From a bacterium (lineage in GTDB: Bacteria; Desulfobacterota; DSWW01), in NCBI GenBank assembly GCA_040756235.1, contig JBFLZG010000105.1, positions 40,883 to 104,882 of the forward strand: DNA of 64,000 nt, written 5' to 3'. Positions 51,826 through 61,243 of this stretch are shown here, in pieces. Positions within the stretch are counted from its first letter, which is position 1. Every line of letters starts with the position of its first letter. A model generated the notes under the pieces. The model searched no databases and was not told the DNA's origin. It saw only the letters and a list, made by a program, of their open reading frames with translations. A program made the translations under genes and the position numbers.

Positions 51826-52393
51826 AGAGTCCGAGATCGGCGCTCACGGACTGCATCGCCCGCAGACAGATCTCGACGAACTCGCCGAGGGGGACGCCGA
51901 TGAGCTCGCACTCGCGCACGATATCCCGGTTGACGGAAGCGGCGAACGATTTCTCCTTCATCCGTTTGACCACCGAGGCGGGCTTGACGCTGGCCAGTTT
52001 CTTGTCCGGATAGACCAGGGCCGTTGCCGTGATGAGCCCGGTCACGGTCTCCCCTGCCGCCAGGGCGTGGTGGAACCTGGCCGAGCGCTTCTCGCCCGCG
52101 CTGTGCTCGTTGTGCAGGCGGATCGCCTCGACGATCTCCGGGTCCACGCCCCTCTCCTGGAGCATCCGTACGGTCTCGCGGCCGTGAACGGCCAGGTCCG
52201 CGTTCGTGAGCTCCACGTCCAGATCGTGGAGCAGGCCTGCCATGGCCCACTTCTCACGGTTTTCGCCGAGCCGCTCCGCGAGGGCGGCCATGACCGCCTC
52301 GGAAGCCAGGCAGTGCTTGATCATGTTCGGATTCTGTACGTAACGGCGCAGGAGCGCCAGGGCTTCCTCGCGGGAGATGCCTGCTGCTGCCAT
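51824..52393 (-). CDS. HD-domain (HDIG) putative phosphohydrolase
   Basis: HCLASE, GLLHDLD, H..H, KSFAASVNR. Confidence 0.85.
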   Translation of the reverse strand: MAAAGISREEALALLRRYVQNPNMIKHCLASEAVMAALAERLGENREKWAMAGLLHDLDVELTNADLAVHGRETVRMLQERGVDPEIVEAIRLHNEHSAGEKRSARFHHALAAGETVTGLITATALVYPDKKLASVKPASVVKRMKEKSFAASVNRDIVRECELIGVPLGEFVEICLRAMQSVSADLGL

Positions 52394-52558
52394 CACTCCT
52401 CCTCTCGCCTCTCCAACATCTTGCTCTCTTGGATGCGCTGCATCCCGACCTTATACCGAAAAATGAGTGGAAAACGAAACGCCCTTCTTGTAGGCTCATT
52501 TCGACCGTGAGGGTCCGGAGCGAGGCGACGGGATGCGGAACACGCGGAGGAAAACGCC

Positions 52559-53920
52559 ATGAGGACCGATCGACCGTACTGGAACATGGAAGTCGAGCCC
52601 AAGCTGAACACCGCCGAAATGCGCCAGATGCAGAACGACAAGATCGTCCGGAACCTGCCTTCCATCTACGACCGGATCCCTCTCGTCCGGAAGCGGATGG
52701 ACGAGGCCGGTGTCAGGCCTGCGGACATCCGCTGCCTCGACGATCTGGAGAAGATCCCGGTCTATGGCCAGCCGCAGATGCGGGAGCTCCTGATGGAAGT
52801 CGGCTTCGACATGAAGAAGATCCTCGAGCTGCTCATGGGAGACATGGCCCACGACGTCTACGTGATGGCCGCGACCTCGGGCACGACCGGGGTGCCCACT
52901 CCTTACCCGGTCGTGCGCAGCGGCCTGCCGATGATGCGGGAGATGAACAACCGGATCCTGTGGCGCTGCGGGGTCCGGCCCGGGGACAAGATCGTCCTGG
53001 CCTTCGGGCTGAGCATGTTTCTGGCCGGATCGCCCACCCTGCTGGCTCTGGAGGATTTTCCCGGAATCACGATCATCCCGGTGGGCGCCGAGGCCGGGAC
53101 GGAGCGCATCATCAACTTCACGCGCCTGTTCGGAGGCGACGTGCTCATGTGCACGCCTTCCCTGGCCTTGCACCTGATCGAGCGGGCGCCCGAGATCATG
53201 GGCGACGGTGTGAAGGCCCTGGGGATCCGCATCCTGCTCTGTGGCGCCGAGCCGGGCGCCGGGATCCCCGAGGTGCGCAGCCGGATCGAGAAAGAGTACG
53301 GAGCCAGGCTGTTCGACGCGGGCGCCGGGGCCGGGGTCTCCTGCGATCACCCTGAATACCAGGGCATGCACTGGATCGCGGACGACATGGTTTACTACGA
53401 GCTGGTCAACCCCGAAACCGGCCGGAACGCGCCCCTCCAGGACGGCGCCACCGGGCTCGGCGTTTTCACCACCCTCGGCGCGGAGGGCAGCGGCATCATG
53501 GGACTCCGGATGACGCTCGGAGACGTTCACCAGGTCTTCACTTCGCCTTGCCCGTGCGGCAAGTCCGGGTTTCGATACCGGATCGTCGGAAGGACCGACG
53601 ACATGCTCAAGGTCAAAGGGGTCATGGTCTATCCCGCCCAGATCAAGAGCGTGGTCGAGTCGTTCATCCCCAGGACCACGGGCGAGTTCCGCATCCTCCT
53701 GGACGAGCCGCCCCCGCGGGTGGTGCCGCCCCTCAAGGTCCGGATCGAGTACGGCGAAGGCGTCCGGGAAGGGGACCTGCCCGGGCTGGTGGCCGACGTG
53801 CAGGAGAAGATGCACCGCATGGTGAAGATCCGGCCAGAGATCGAGTGGGTCCCTCCCCGAACGCTCCCCAGGTCCGACAAGAAGACCCAGTATATCGAGA
53901 AGCTTTACGACAAGAAGTGA
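52559..53920 (+). CDS. Phenylacetate-CoA ligase-like (AMP-forming) protein
   Basis: TSGTTGVP, GAEP, GRTDDMLKVKGV.VYP. Confidence 0.85.
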   Translation: MRTDRPYWNMEVEPKLNTAEMRQMQNDKIVRNLPSIYDRIPLVRKRMDEAGVRPADIRCLDDLEKIPVYGQPQMRELLMEVGFDMKKILELLMGDMAHDVYVMAATSGTTGVPTPYPVVRSGLPMMREMNNRILWRCGVRPGDKIVLAFGLSMFLAGSPTLLALEDFPGITIIPVGAEAGTERIINFTRLFGGDVLMCTPSLALHLIERAPEIMGDGVKALGIRILLCGAEPGAGIPEVRSRIEKEYGARLFDAGAGAGVSCDHPEYQGMHWIADDMVYYELVNPETGRNAPLQDGATGLGVFTTLGAEGSGIMGLRMTLGDVHQVFTSPCPCGKSGFRYRIVGRTDDMLKVKGVMVYPAQIKSVVESFIPRTTGEFRILLDEPPPRVVPPLKVRIEYGEGVREGDLPGLVADVQEKMHRMVKIRPEIEWVPPRTLPRSDKKTQYIEKLYDKK

Positions 53921-54016
53921 AATCGGACGCGGTGCACGGCGACCCCGGCAGCTCCCGGGCCCGGAGTACGACGAGAGGACGGCCCCGGGGGCGCCGAAGC
54001 GAACGCGAGGTGAGGC

Positions 54017-55522
54017 ATGCAGAGGCGGCTCTTTCATTTCCTCGAAAACAACTTCATGCGCTTTTTCCGTCTCCTGAGCCACGTCATCCCCAGCTCGTGG
54101 GTCGTCCCGCTGGGGAGAACGGTCGGCCTCCTGCTGTGCACGCTTGCGGCCCCTCTGAAAAGGAGGGTCACGGCCCAGCTCCGGGAGACCTTCCCGGAGA
54201 AGTCGCCGCGTGAGATCCGTCGCCTCTTCCGGCAGGTGGCACGGAACGGGGGGGAGGTCATCTTCGAGCAACTCATGGTGAGCCGTAAGTTGATCCTGGA
54301 CAACCACGAGAAGACCGAAGGCTTCGAGGATTTGGAGAGGATGTATCGGGAGCTGAGCTCCAGAGGCCGCGGTCTGCTCGTCGTGGCCAGCCACCTGAGC
54401 AACTGGGAGAAGCTGATGGGCATCGAGGCCCACCACCTGCTGCAGAAGAAGAATGTCCAAGTGAACGTGGTGATGAACCGCATGCCCACGTCCTACCTGG
54501 ATGGCCTGGCGACCGTCCTGCGCCACAAAGTGCTCAAATGCAACTTCATCTACACGAAGCGCGCTCGATACTACATCGAGAAGATCCTGGCCGAGAAGGG
54601 CCTCGTGGCCTTCGCCACGGACGTGGACTACCGCTATCGCGGGCTGTTCGTGCCCTTCATGGGCCGCAAGATCTCGATGGGGCGCGGCCCCGCCACCTAC
54701 GCGCTCAAACACGGCGCTCCGCTCGTGTTCAACATGTTCTACCGCGACGAGAAAGGGACCCCCCACATCTTGCTCGAGGAAATCCGTCCGGTGCGGACAG
54801 GGGACATGGAGCGGGACGTATACAATCTGACCGCCGAGATTGCCTCCCGGATCGAGCGCTGGGTGCGGAAGTATCCGGACCAGTGGTTCGGCTGGCTCCA
54901 GCAGCCCTGGAAGACGCGCTCCCTGGAGGACCTGCAGGGGCAGCTCGAGACGGATCCGCGGAACGCTCGTCTCCTGGAGGAGATCGGGCTCTTCCACCTG
55001 GCAAAGGAAGAGCGAGAGAAAGCCAGGGAGTCTTTCCGGGAGGCCATCGTCGTGGACCCCGGGGCCTTTCGTGCCCATTCGGAGCTGGGCTGCATCCTCT
55101 CCCGGGACGGCGATTCCGACGCCGGGCTGTTTCATCTTTTTCGGGCCCTGGAAATCCATCCGAAGGACGTCAAGACCTTGAAGTATCTTGGCCACTGCTT
55201 TCTGGAGCGCAAGCTCTATGGGACCGCCCTCAGGTATTTCCGGCTGGCGGCAAGGGTCAAGTACGACGACCCCGAGGCGTACTGGGGAGCCGGACAGTGC
55301 CTCGAGGCGCTCGGCAGGAGCGGGAAGGCCGCGGCGGCGTATCGAAAGGGTCTTCGCATCGACGATGACTACGCCCCTCTGCACCGGGCCCTGGTGCGAT
55401 TTCATGCGGACGGGAAGGGCAGCGGAAAGGAGCTCCGCCGCCATCTGTTCGCCCTCGAGACGCTGGGCGCCCGGGCCGGCAGTGAGGGACAAGTACGGCG
55501 CTTCACGAGACCTGCCGCATAG
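54017..55522 (+). CDS. Lipid A lauroyl/palmitoleoyl-type acyltransferase domain fused to TPR repeats
   Basis: HLSNWE, VPFMG, IERWVRKYPDQWFG; C-terminal TPR-like helices. Confidence 0.8.
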   Translation: MQRRLFHFLENNFMRFFRLLSHVIPSSWVVPLGRTVGLLLCTLAAPLKRRVTAQLRETFPEKSPREIRRLFRQVARNGGEVIFEQLMVSRKLILDNHEKTEGFEDLERMYRELSSRGRGLLVVASHLSNWEKLMGIEAHHLLQKKNVQVNVVMNRMPTSYLDGLATVLRHKVLKCNFIYTKRARYYIEKILAEKGLVAFATDVDYRYRGLFVPFMGRKISMGRGPATYALKHGAPLVFNMFYRDEKGTPHILLEEIRPVRTGDMERDVYNLTAEIASRIERWVRKYPDQWFGWLQQPWKTRSLEDLQGQLETDPRNARLLEEIGLFHLAKEEREKARESFREAIVVDPGAFRAHSELGCILSRDGDSDAGLFHLFRALEIHPKDVKTLKYLGHCFLERKLYGTALRYFRLAARVKYDDPEAYWGAGQCLEALGRSGKAAAAYRKGLRIDDDYAPLHRALVRFHADGKGSGKELRRHLFALETLGARAGSEGQVRRFTRPAA

Positions 55523-55567
55523 CACGTCCGGACCCTTTGAACGGCCTGCAGGCAGGCGAGCCGGCGC

Positions 55568-56848
55568 TCAGCTTCGGGTCCACGTCTCGCGCATCAGAAA
55601 GCTGGACGCGGAGGCTGCAAGGGCGCAGAGGAACAGGACCAGGAAGGCGTGGCGGTAGCCATCCAGCGTGAAAGCGCCCCCGGCGGCGCGGCCGTGACTC
55701 TCCAGGATCGCGCCGAGCAGCGGCTGCAGGACCGCGGCGCCGGCAAAGGGGAACAAGTTGACCAGCCCCGTCGAAGTGCCCGCAATCTCCAGCGGAAAGA
55801 GCTCCTTCGTGATGGCGAAGCCGATGACGGCAACGGCGTTGCTGGAGACGCCCAGTCCGAAGCAGAACAGGTACATCCCGAGCGGGGAGAACCGCTCCGG
55901 CCGGAACGCCAGCAGTGCGGTCAGGGCGACGAACAGGAGAGTTACGACCACGATGACCGGTTTGCGCGCCCTGCAAACGTGATCGGACAGGTAGCTGAGC
56001 AGAGGAGCCCCGAGCATCGCCCCTACGGCCAGCATGGAGAGCGTCCGGCCGGCCTGGGCGCTGCCGAGCTCGTGGACCTGCACGAGGTAGGGCCCGCCCC
56101 AGAGGCCTCCGAAGGTGAAGAAGGTCCCGCCCGTGCAGAAGAACCAGATCGCTATGGGCCAGAAGCGGGGGTGACGGGCCACACTGCGCAGTCCGTCCAG
56201 GAGCCCGGAACGGACGCCCGGATCGAGATTCCGCGGAGGTGCCGGCGTTTCTGGATCGAGGTCCCCGGGCCGGTCTCGCACGACCAGCCACACCAGGACC
56301 GCGGCTGCCAGCGTCATGCCGCCGACCGCAAGGAAGGAGGCCCGCCAGCCGATCCAGGCGTTCATCAGCGCCAGCGGCTCCGTGGCCGAAAGCATTCCCA
56401 GGGCCCCTACCGCCAGTAACAGCCCGGTCATGACGGCAAATTCACGGGGCAGAAACCACTCCGACAGCACCTTGAGAGTCGGCACGAAAAAGACCGACAC
56501 GCCGAGACCCACGAGCGCGCGGCCGGCGATCGCCCAGATCGCCCCGGGAGCTGTGCCGAGAACGACACACCCGAGGACCGCGATCGCCAGAAACAGGGTG
56601 ATGCTCCTGCGCGGTCCCCAGGAGTCGGACAGCAGCCCGGCCGGCATCTGCATCAGAGCGTACGGGTAGAAGTAGGCCGCTCCGAGCAGTCCGAGCAGAG
56701 TCCCCCCGGCTCCGAGGTCCCGCATCATGTCGACGGCCAGCACGGCCGGGCTGAGGCGATGAAAGTAGACGAGAATGTACCCTGCGGAAAGCACCAGAAA
56801 GACGACCCAACGGTAGCGCAGGGCCTTTTCGGGCAGCGGGTGTTGAAT
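55568..56848 (-). CDS. MFS transporter
   Basis: RYRW..YFHRL, QMPAGLLSDSWGPRR; start uncertain (ATT at 56848, see findings; track start 56794). Confidence 0.85.
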   Translation of the reverse strand: MQHPLPEKALRYRWVVFLVLSAGYILVYFHRLSPAVLAVDMMRDLGAGGTLLGLLGAAYFYPYALMQMPAGLLSDSWGPRRSITLFLAIAVLGCVVLGTAPGAIWAIAGRALVGLGVSVFFVPTLKVLSEWFLPREFAVMTGLLLAVGALGMLSATEPLALMNAWIGWRASFLAVGGMTLAAAVLVWLVVRDRPGDLDPETPAPPRNLDPGVRSGLLDGLRSVARHPRFWPIAIWFFCTGGTFFTFGGLWGGPYLVQVHELGSAQAGRTLSMLAVGAMLGAPLLSYLSDHVCRARKPVIVVVTLLFVALTALLAFRPERFSPLGMYLFCFGLGVSSNAVAVIGFAITKELFPLEIAGTSTGLVNLFPFAGAAVLQPLLGAILESHGRAAGGAFTLDGYRHAFLVLFLCALAASASSFLMRETWTRS

Positions 56849-57059
56849 CTCGGAGCCCCCCTTTCGGCGTCGTCAGTCGTCGGTTACGGTGCCGACCGGC
56901 CCCAATGCATGCCGGCTAAATACGACGCGCGGTTCGTGACGGATCGCTCCGGTCGCCCGCATGCCATGCGACCTGCTGTACTTATCGGATATTGCGAGGA
57001 CCGAAGGTCCGTGGCAACCTCCGGGTCAAGTGGAGGCTGCTGGCCACGGACGAGGCCCT

Positions 57060-57401
57060 TCACTCCGGGTGCCCGAGCAGTCGCATGCGCTCGCCGGCTG
57101 CGGCGATACGCTGCCGATCGAGCTCCTGCCACTGCTCGTGGAGAGCGGCGAGACTTTCTGAAAGGGCGTGAGCCTCCGGCGCCCCACGGTCGAGCCCGCT
57201 CAACCTGCGCTTCAGATCCTGTGCCTGGCGCTTGACCTCCCTCATGCTGTCGAGAATCTCGATCTCCCTCTTCGTCATGAAATGAAGACACGAAGAGTGA
57301 GGACCGTCGAAAGGATACCACGCATCGCACGCGTCGCAAGCCAGCCCTTCCGGAGCCGCGGCCTCTGCCGTCGCCTCGGGGCTCATCCTTTCTTCTTCCA
57401 T
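57060..57401 (-). CDS. Hypothetical coiled-coil protein with CxxC
   Basis: RBS GAGG; CDAC; helical C-terminus ERMRLLGH. Confidence 0.6.
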   Translation of the reverse strand: MEEERMSPEATAEAAAPEGLACDACDAWYPFDGPHSSCLHFMTKREIEILDSMREVKRQAQDLKRRLSGLDRGAPEAHALSESLAALHEQWQELDRQRIAAAGERMRLLGHPE

Positions 57402-57530
57402 GGCGGGAACCTCTCTTGCCGTGAAATTATACGAAGATGTACCCTTATATATTGGATGGCGAGCCGACAAGAAAGCAACGCCTTCGACGGCCCCCTCGAA
57501 CGCAGCGAGGGGATGTCTTGAGGTGGTGAA

Positions 57531-58556
57531 ATGACCCTGCCGGATGCGCCTGACCGGCTTATTCAACCCATCGGTCTGCCGAATTTCGGCGTCTTCGCCG
57601 GCGCCATCAGTCGGCTGAACCTCTCCGAGTTCGACTTTCAGTCCATCCGCAGGGGGCCGCTCAGCCGGTCCCGGCTCCTGGCCAGGCTTTATCTCAAGCG
57701 TTGGCACTATGTGGGCGTGGTCCATCCGAGCTTCTTCCTGGGCGCGGCCTGCGTCCATCTCTCCTATGCCGTGAACGTGTTCGCCTATCTCTACGACAGG
57801 AGGACGCGGGAGTTGTATCCTTTCGACGCGCTGCTCCTGGGGTCGAGAGGGGTCGAATTCGCGGAATCGGCCATCTTCGGCAAGACCCGCGGGAAGCTCC
57901 ACGGTCTGGACGTGGCCTTCACCAATGAAGGGGTGCCCAACACCGTTCGCATAAGGGCCAAAGACAGGCTGTTCGCCTCGGTGAGCTTCGACCCCTCCAG
58001 AGTCGAGCCTCTCTCTTGCGTGACCCGCATCGGTCTCGGCGGTTTCAATTACACCCACAAGGCTGCCGGGATCCCCTCGGAGGGAGAGGTCGAGATCGAC
58101 GGCCGCCGCTACAACGCGGCAGGGTCCTGGGCCGTGGTGGACTTCACGGCCGGCGTTCCGGCCCGGGAGACATTCTGGAACTGGGCCTCCGGGGGAGGGC
58201 GGTGCCGCTCGGGCAAGGTGTTCGGCATCAACCTGGCCGCAGGGATCAACGAGACCGGCTTCACCGAGAATGTCTTCTGGATCGATGGACGGATCCACAA
58301 GGTGGATGGCGTTCATTTCGATTACGACCGCAAGGACGTGACGCAAGCCCCCTGGCGGATGAAGTCTGCGGACGGCCGCATCGACCTTGCTTTCGCTCCG
58401 GAGGGCCGCCGCGCCGCGAAATTCAATGCTCTGGTCGTGGCTTCGGCTTTCCAGCAGCCCTTCGGCACCTTTTCCGGGGTCCTGCGGGCGGACGATCACG
58501 AGGAAACGATCGCGGAAGGGTACGGATTTGTGGAGGAGCACTACGCCAAGTGGTAG
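57531..58556 (+). CDS. DUF2804 family protein
   Basis: KRWHY, FNYTHK, ETFWNWASG, ENVFWIDG, FQQPFGTFSG, EEHYAKW. Confidence 0.8.
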   Translation: MTLPDAPDRLIQPIGLPNFGVFAGAISRLNLSEFDFQSIRRGPLSRSRLLARLYLKRWHYVGVVHPSFFLGAACVHLSYAVNVFAYLYDRRTRELYPFDALLLGSRGVEFAESAIFGKTRGKLHGLDVAFTNEGVPNTVRIRAKDRLFASVSFDPSRVEPLSCVTRIGLGGFNYTHKAAGIPSEGEVEIDGRRYNAAGSWAVVDFTAGVPARETFWNWASGGGRCRSGKVFGINLAAGINETGFTENVFWIDGRIHKVDGVHFDYDRKDVTQAPWRMKSADGRIDLAFAPEGRRAAKFNALVVASAFQQPFGTFSGVLRADDHEETIAEGYGFVEEHYAKW

Positions 58557-58664
58557 GAGAGTGTGGGCGGGGCACACCAGCCTGCCGGGCGCGTCATCCC
58601 CGGCCAAGGCCGCCCGTGGCGGCCGCGAGCCGGGATCCCAATGTGCAGGGGGATCCCGCGTGCA

Positions 58665-58873
58665 AGGCTGTGTCACAATTCGTCATCCCGGCCCATGTGC
58701 GAAGCGCGTGAGAGCCGGGATCCAGAAGGGTGCACCAGGACCAGCTGTCGTAACTGGGTGCAGGGACTGGATTCCGGCCTTCGCCGGAATGACGGAAATC
58801 ATGCGGCCGCGCCTCCGAGTCCTCCGAATGAGTGGTCGCACGAGGGTCTGACCGGATTTATGACACACAGCTC
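58665..58873. mobile_element. Uninterrupted MITE copy (empty IS110 target at 58681-58693)
   Basis: aggctgtgtcacaattcgtcatcccggcc ... gagggtctgaccggatttatgacacacagctc; colinear with 25299-25324 + 27251-27433. Confidence 0.85.
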
Positions 58874-58923
58874 GATCCGCTACTCGTCCTCGCCGAGGGA
58901 AAAAGGGACAGAGAGACAGCCGC

Positions 58924-60378
58924 TCACGCTGGCGGAGGGATGGACCGGCTGGGATCGCCCGCTGCCGAGACATGGTTGCGACCCAGGTGCTTGGCCTGAT
59001 AGAGCGCCTGGTCCGCCTGTTTGATGCAATCGTCTATCTTCTGGCCCGGCAGGTAGGCACTCACGCCGATGCTCAAGGTGATCCTCACTTCGTGAGGGCC
59101 GACGGGAAACACTCTGCTGTTCACCAGTTTGCGCATCTTTTCGGCGACCTGGAGGCCTCCCTTCAGATCCGTGTCGGGCAGCATCATGAGGAACTCCTCG
59201 CCCCCCCAGCGGGCGACGAGATCCTGCTTCCGGACGGCTTCCCGAAGGACCTCTGACACAGACCTGAGCACCAGGTCTCCCACGTCATGGCCGAAGGTGT
59301 CGTTGATCGGCTTGAAGTGGTCTACGTCGCAGAGCAGGATCGTGAAAAGCGAGCGATTCCGCTCGCACTGAACCGCCTGGTACTGCAGGTGTTCCAGAAT
59401 GGCGCGGCGGTTCAGCGCTCCGGTGAGCGCGTCGGTCCTGGCCGCCAGGGCCAGAGCCTCCTCGGCCTTCCTCCTTTCGGCGATCTCGTGAACGAGCTTC
59501 TGATTCAGGTCGGTCAGCTCTCGAGTCCTCTCTTCGACCCGGAATTCCAGCTCGTCCTTGGCCCTCTTCAGGGCCCCCTCGGCCTCGAGGTGCCGCTCCC
59601 GGCTCTCTCCCAGGCGATCCGACATGGAGTTGAAGGCCTGGAGAAGCTGGTCCAGCTCATCGACGGCCCGAATCTTGATTCGCTCGTCCAGGTGCCCCTG
59701 GGCCACGGCGCTGCACCTTTCGATGAGCACCCGGATGGGCGTGACGAGCTCGAAGGACAGGAGACGGCTGAACAAGAGGGCCATCAGGATCGAGCACGTG
59801 AGGGAGAGGATCCCGGCCGTATGGATGTTGCGCAGCTTGCTCCGGACCTCCATGGCCCGCATGTCGATCCCCACCAGGTAACGGCCCTTCCCCTGCCTGA
59901 CCGGCGCGTACCCGGACAGGAAGGCGCCCCATTCGTCTTCCCAGATCTTCGGGTCGACCGAGGGCTTGAGGAACCCTTGCAGCATGGCGGGAGGAACCGT
60001 GGAATAGGGCCGCCCGGGCAGGGCCTGCTGCTCGCTCTCGTCGGTGTCGACGACGAAATAGACGTCGCTGCCCGAGAGGCGCATGACGTAGAGAAAAGCG
60101 ATGTCCGGGTTGGTCTGCCGGAATCGGCGAAGCTCGGCCAGCGTCTCCTGGTATGCCGGCAGCTCGACGTCCCGTGCGCTCTGGATCGCATCCAGCCGGC
60201 CCACGTCGAGGGCCTGGCTGATGATGGCGGCGCTGCTCTGGAGTCTCGTCCTGAGGCTCCCCATGAGGCTGTCCACGGCGCTCAGGTAGAAATAGGTCCC
60301 CACGCTGCCGGAGACGAGCAGGACCGTGATGAAATGGCTCAGGAAGAGCCTGCTTCCGATCGGTAGTCGGATCTTCAT
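58924..60378 (-). CDS. Membrane-bound diguanylate cyclase (periplasmic sensor, HAMP, GGDEF)
   Basis: Two TMs; HAMP (DELDQL..FNSM); DVDHFKPINDTFGHDVGD; RWGGEEF with RxxD I-site (RKQD). Confidence 0.92.
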   Translation of the reverse strand: MKIRLPIGSRLFLSHFITVLLVSGSVGTYFYLSAVDSLMGSLRTRLQSSAAIISQALDVGRLDAIQSARDVELPAYQETLAELRRFRQTNPDIAFLYVMRLSGSDVYFVVDTDESEQQALPGRPYSTVPPAMLQGFLKPSVDPKIWEDEWGAFLSGYAPVRQGKGRYLVGIDMRAMEVRSKLRNIHTAGILSLTCSILMALLFSRLLSFELVTPIRVLIERCSAVAQGHLDERIKIRAVDELDQLLQAFNSMSDRLGESRERHLEAEGALKRAKDELEFRVEERTRELTDLNQKLVHEIAERRKAEEALALAARTDALTGALNRRAILEHLQYQAVQCERNRSLFTILLCDVDHFKPINDTFGHDVGDLVLRSVSEVLREAVRKQDLVARWGGEEFLMMLPDTDLKGGLQVAEKMRKLVNSRVFPVGPHEVRITLSIGVSAYLPGQKIDDCIKQADQALYQAKHLGRNHVSAAGDPSRSIPPPA

Positions 60379-60761
60379 GCTGCGCTCGTCTTTTCCCTGC
60401 CTCACGGTCGAGCCGTTCGGTCGACGCTCCGTGGCTGCCGGGCCTTCTTGTGCTCCTCCGTGGGCCTGGGAAGCGCCTGCCGCAAAGCCGGCCCAGGCCA
60501 GCGCGAAGTATAAGGAGAGTGGCCCTACGGGGTCAACCGGAATCTACATCTCGTTCCCGTCCTCTCAAGAGATGAGAGAAATCTTTTCCCCAAATCAAAC
60601 CATTCGGTTCCGGTCTGCATCTCATTTTTATCTGGTGAGCCGCGGCTGTGCGGCTCGACCACTTCCAAACAAAGCCATCCGAACAGACCACACCAGGAGC
60701 ACCGATCCGGCGAAGGGGGGCGTTGCACCAGCGCTTCGAGCTTCGAGGGAGGAAGGGGGCC

Positions 60762-61010
60762 ATGAACCGTCTGGATACACAACAGGGCAATGCGGCAGCG
60801 GCGAGGAACTACACGGAAGCGGTGTTCATCACGGAGGGAGGAAAGGTACGATCCTGCGACCCGCCGGTGAAGCTGCCAAGCGGATATTACCTACAACTGG
60901 GCCCTGACGAGCGGCTGCGGGCCTTTGTCTTGATCTCGCGCGCCGGTTTTCTTTATAAGGTGAAGATGAGGGAACTGGCCAACGGCAGGAACCGCGGATA
61001 CGTCATCTGA
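60762..61010 (+). CDS. Small hypothetical protein
   Basis: Strong RBS GGAGG..GGGGG before ATG; 82 aa. Confidence 0.5.
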   Translation: MNRLDTQQGNAAAARNYTEAVFITEGGKVRSCDPPVKLPSGYYLQLGPDERLRAFVLISRAGFLYKVKMRELANGRNRGYVI

Positions 61011-61243
61011 GGGGTCCTCGCGCGGGGCTCCCGGGTTGCACGAACTACGCCGCAGGGACCCCGGCCTTGGTCGGGGCAGGGCTCCTCTCGCCTCCATGCG
61101 CCATGGCTGCCACGCAGCAGATCGGCTCTGGTCCGATTCCGCAACGGCCCGGATGCGCTGCAGGTGCGGCCGAAATCCCTCGATTCGGGATCGCGGAAAG
61201 CTGAAATCCGAAATCCGAAGCTGAAGGCCAAGGGAGGAAGCGG

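Noticed and set aside
61201..61226. Short GAAATCC heptamer repeat upstream of sdhA
   Set aside because: Only two to three degenerate units; too little to assign a function.
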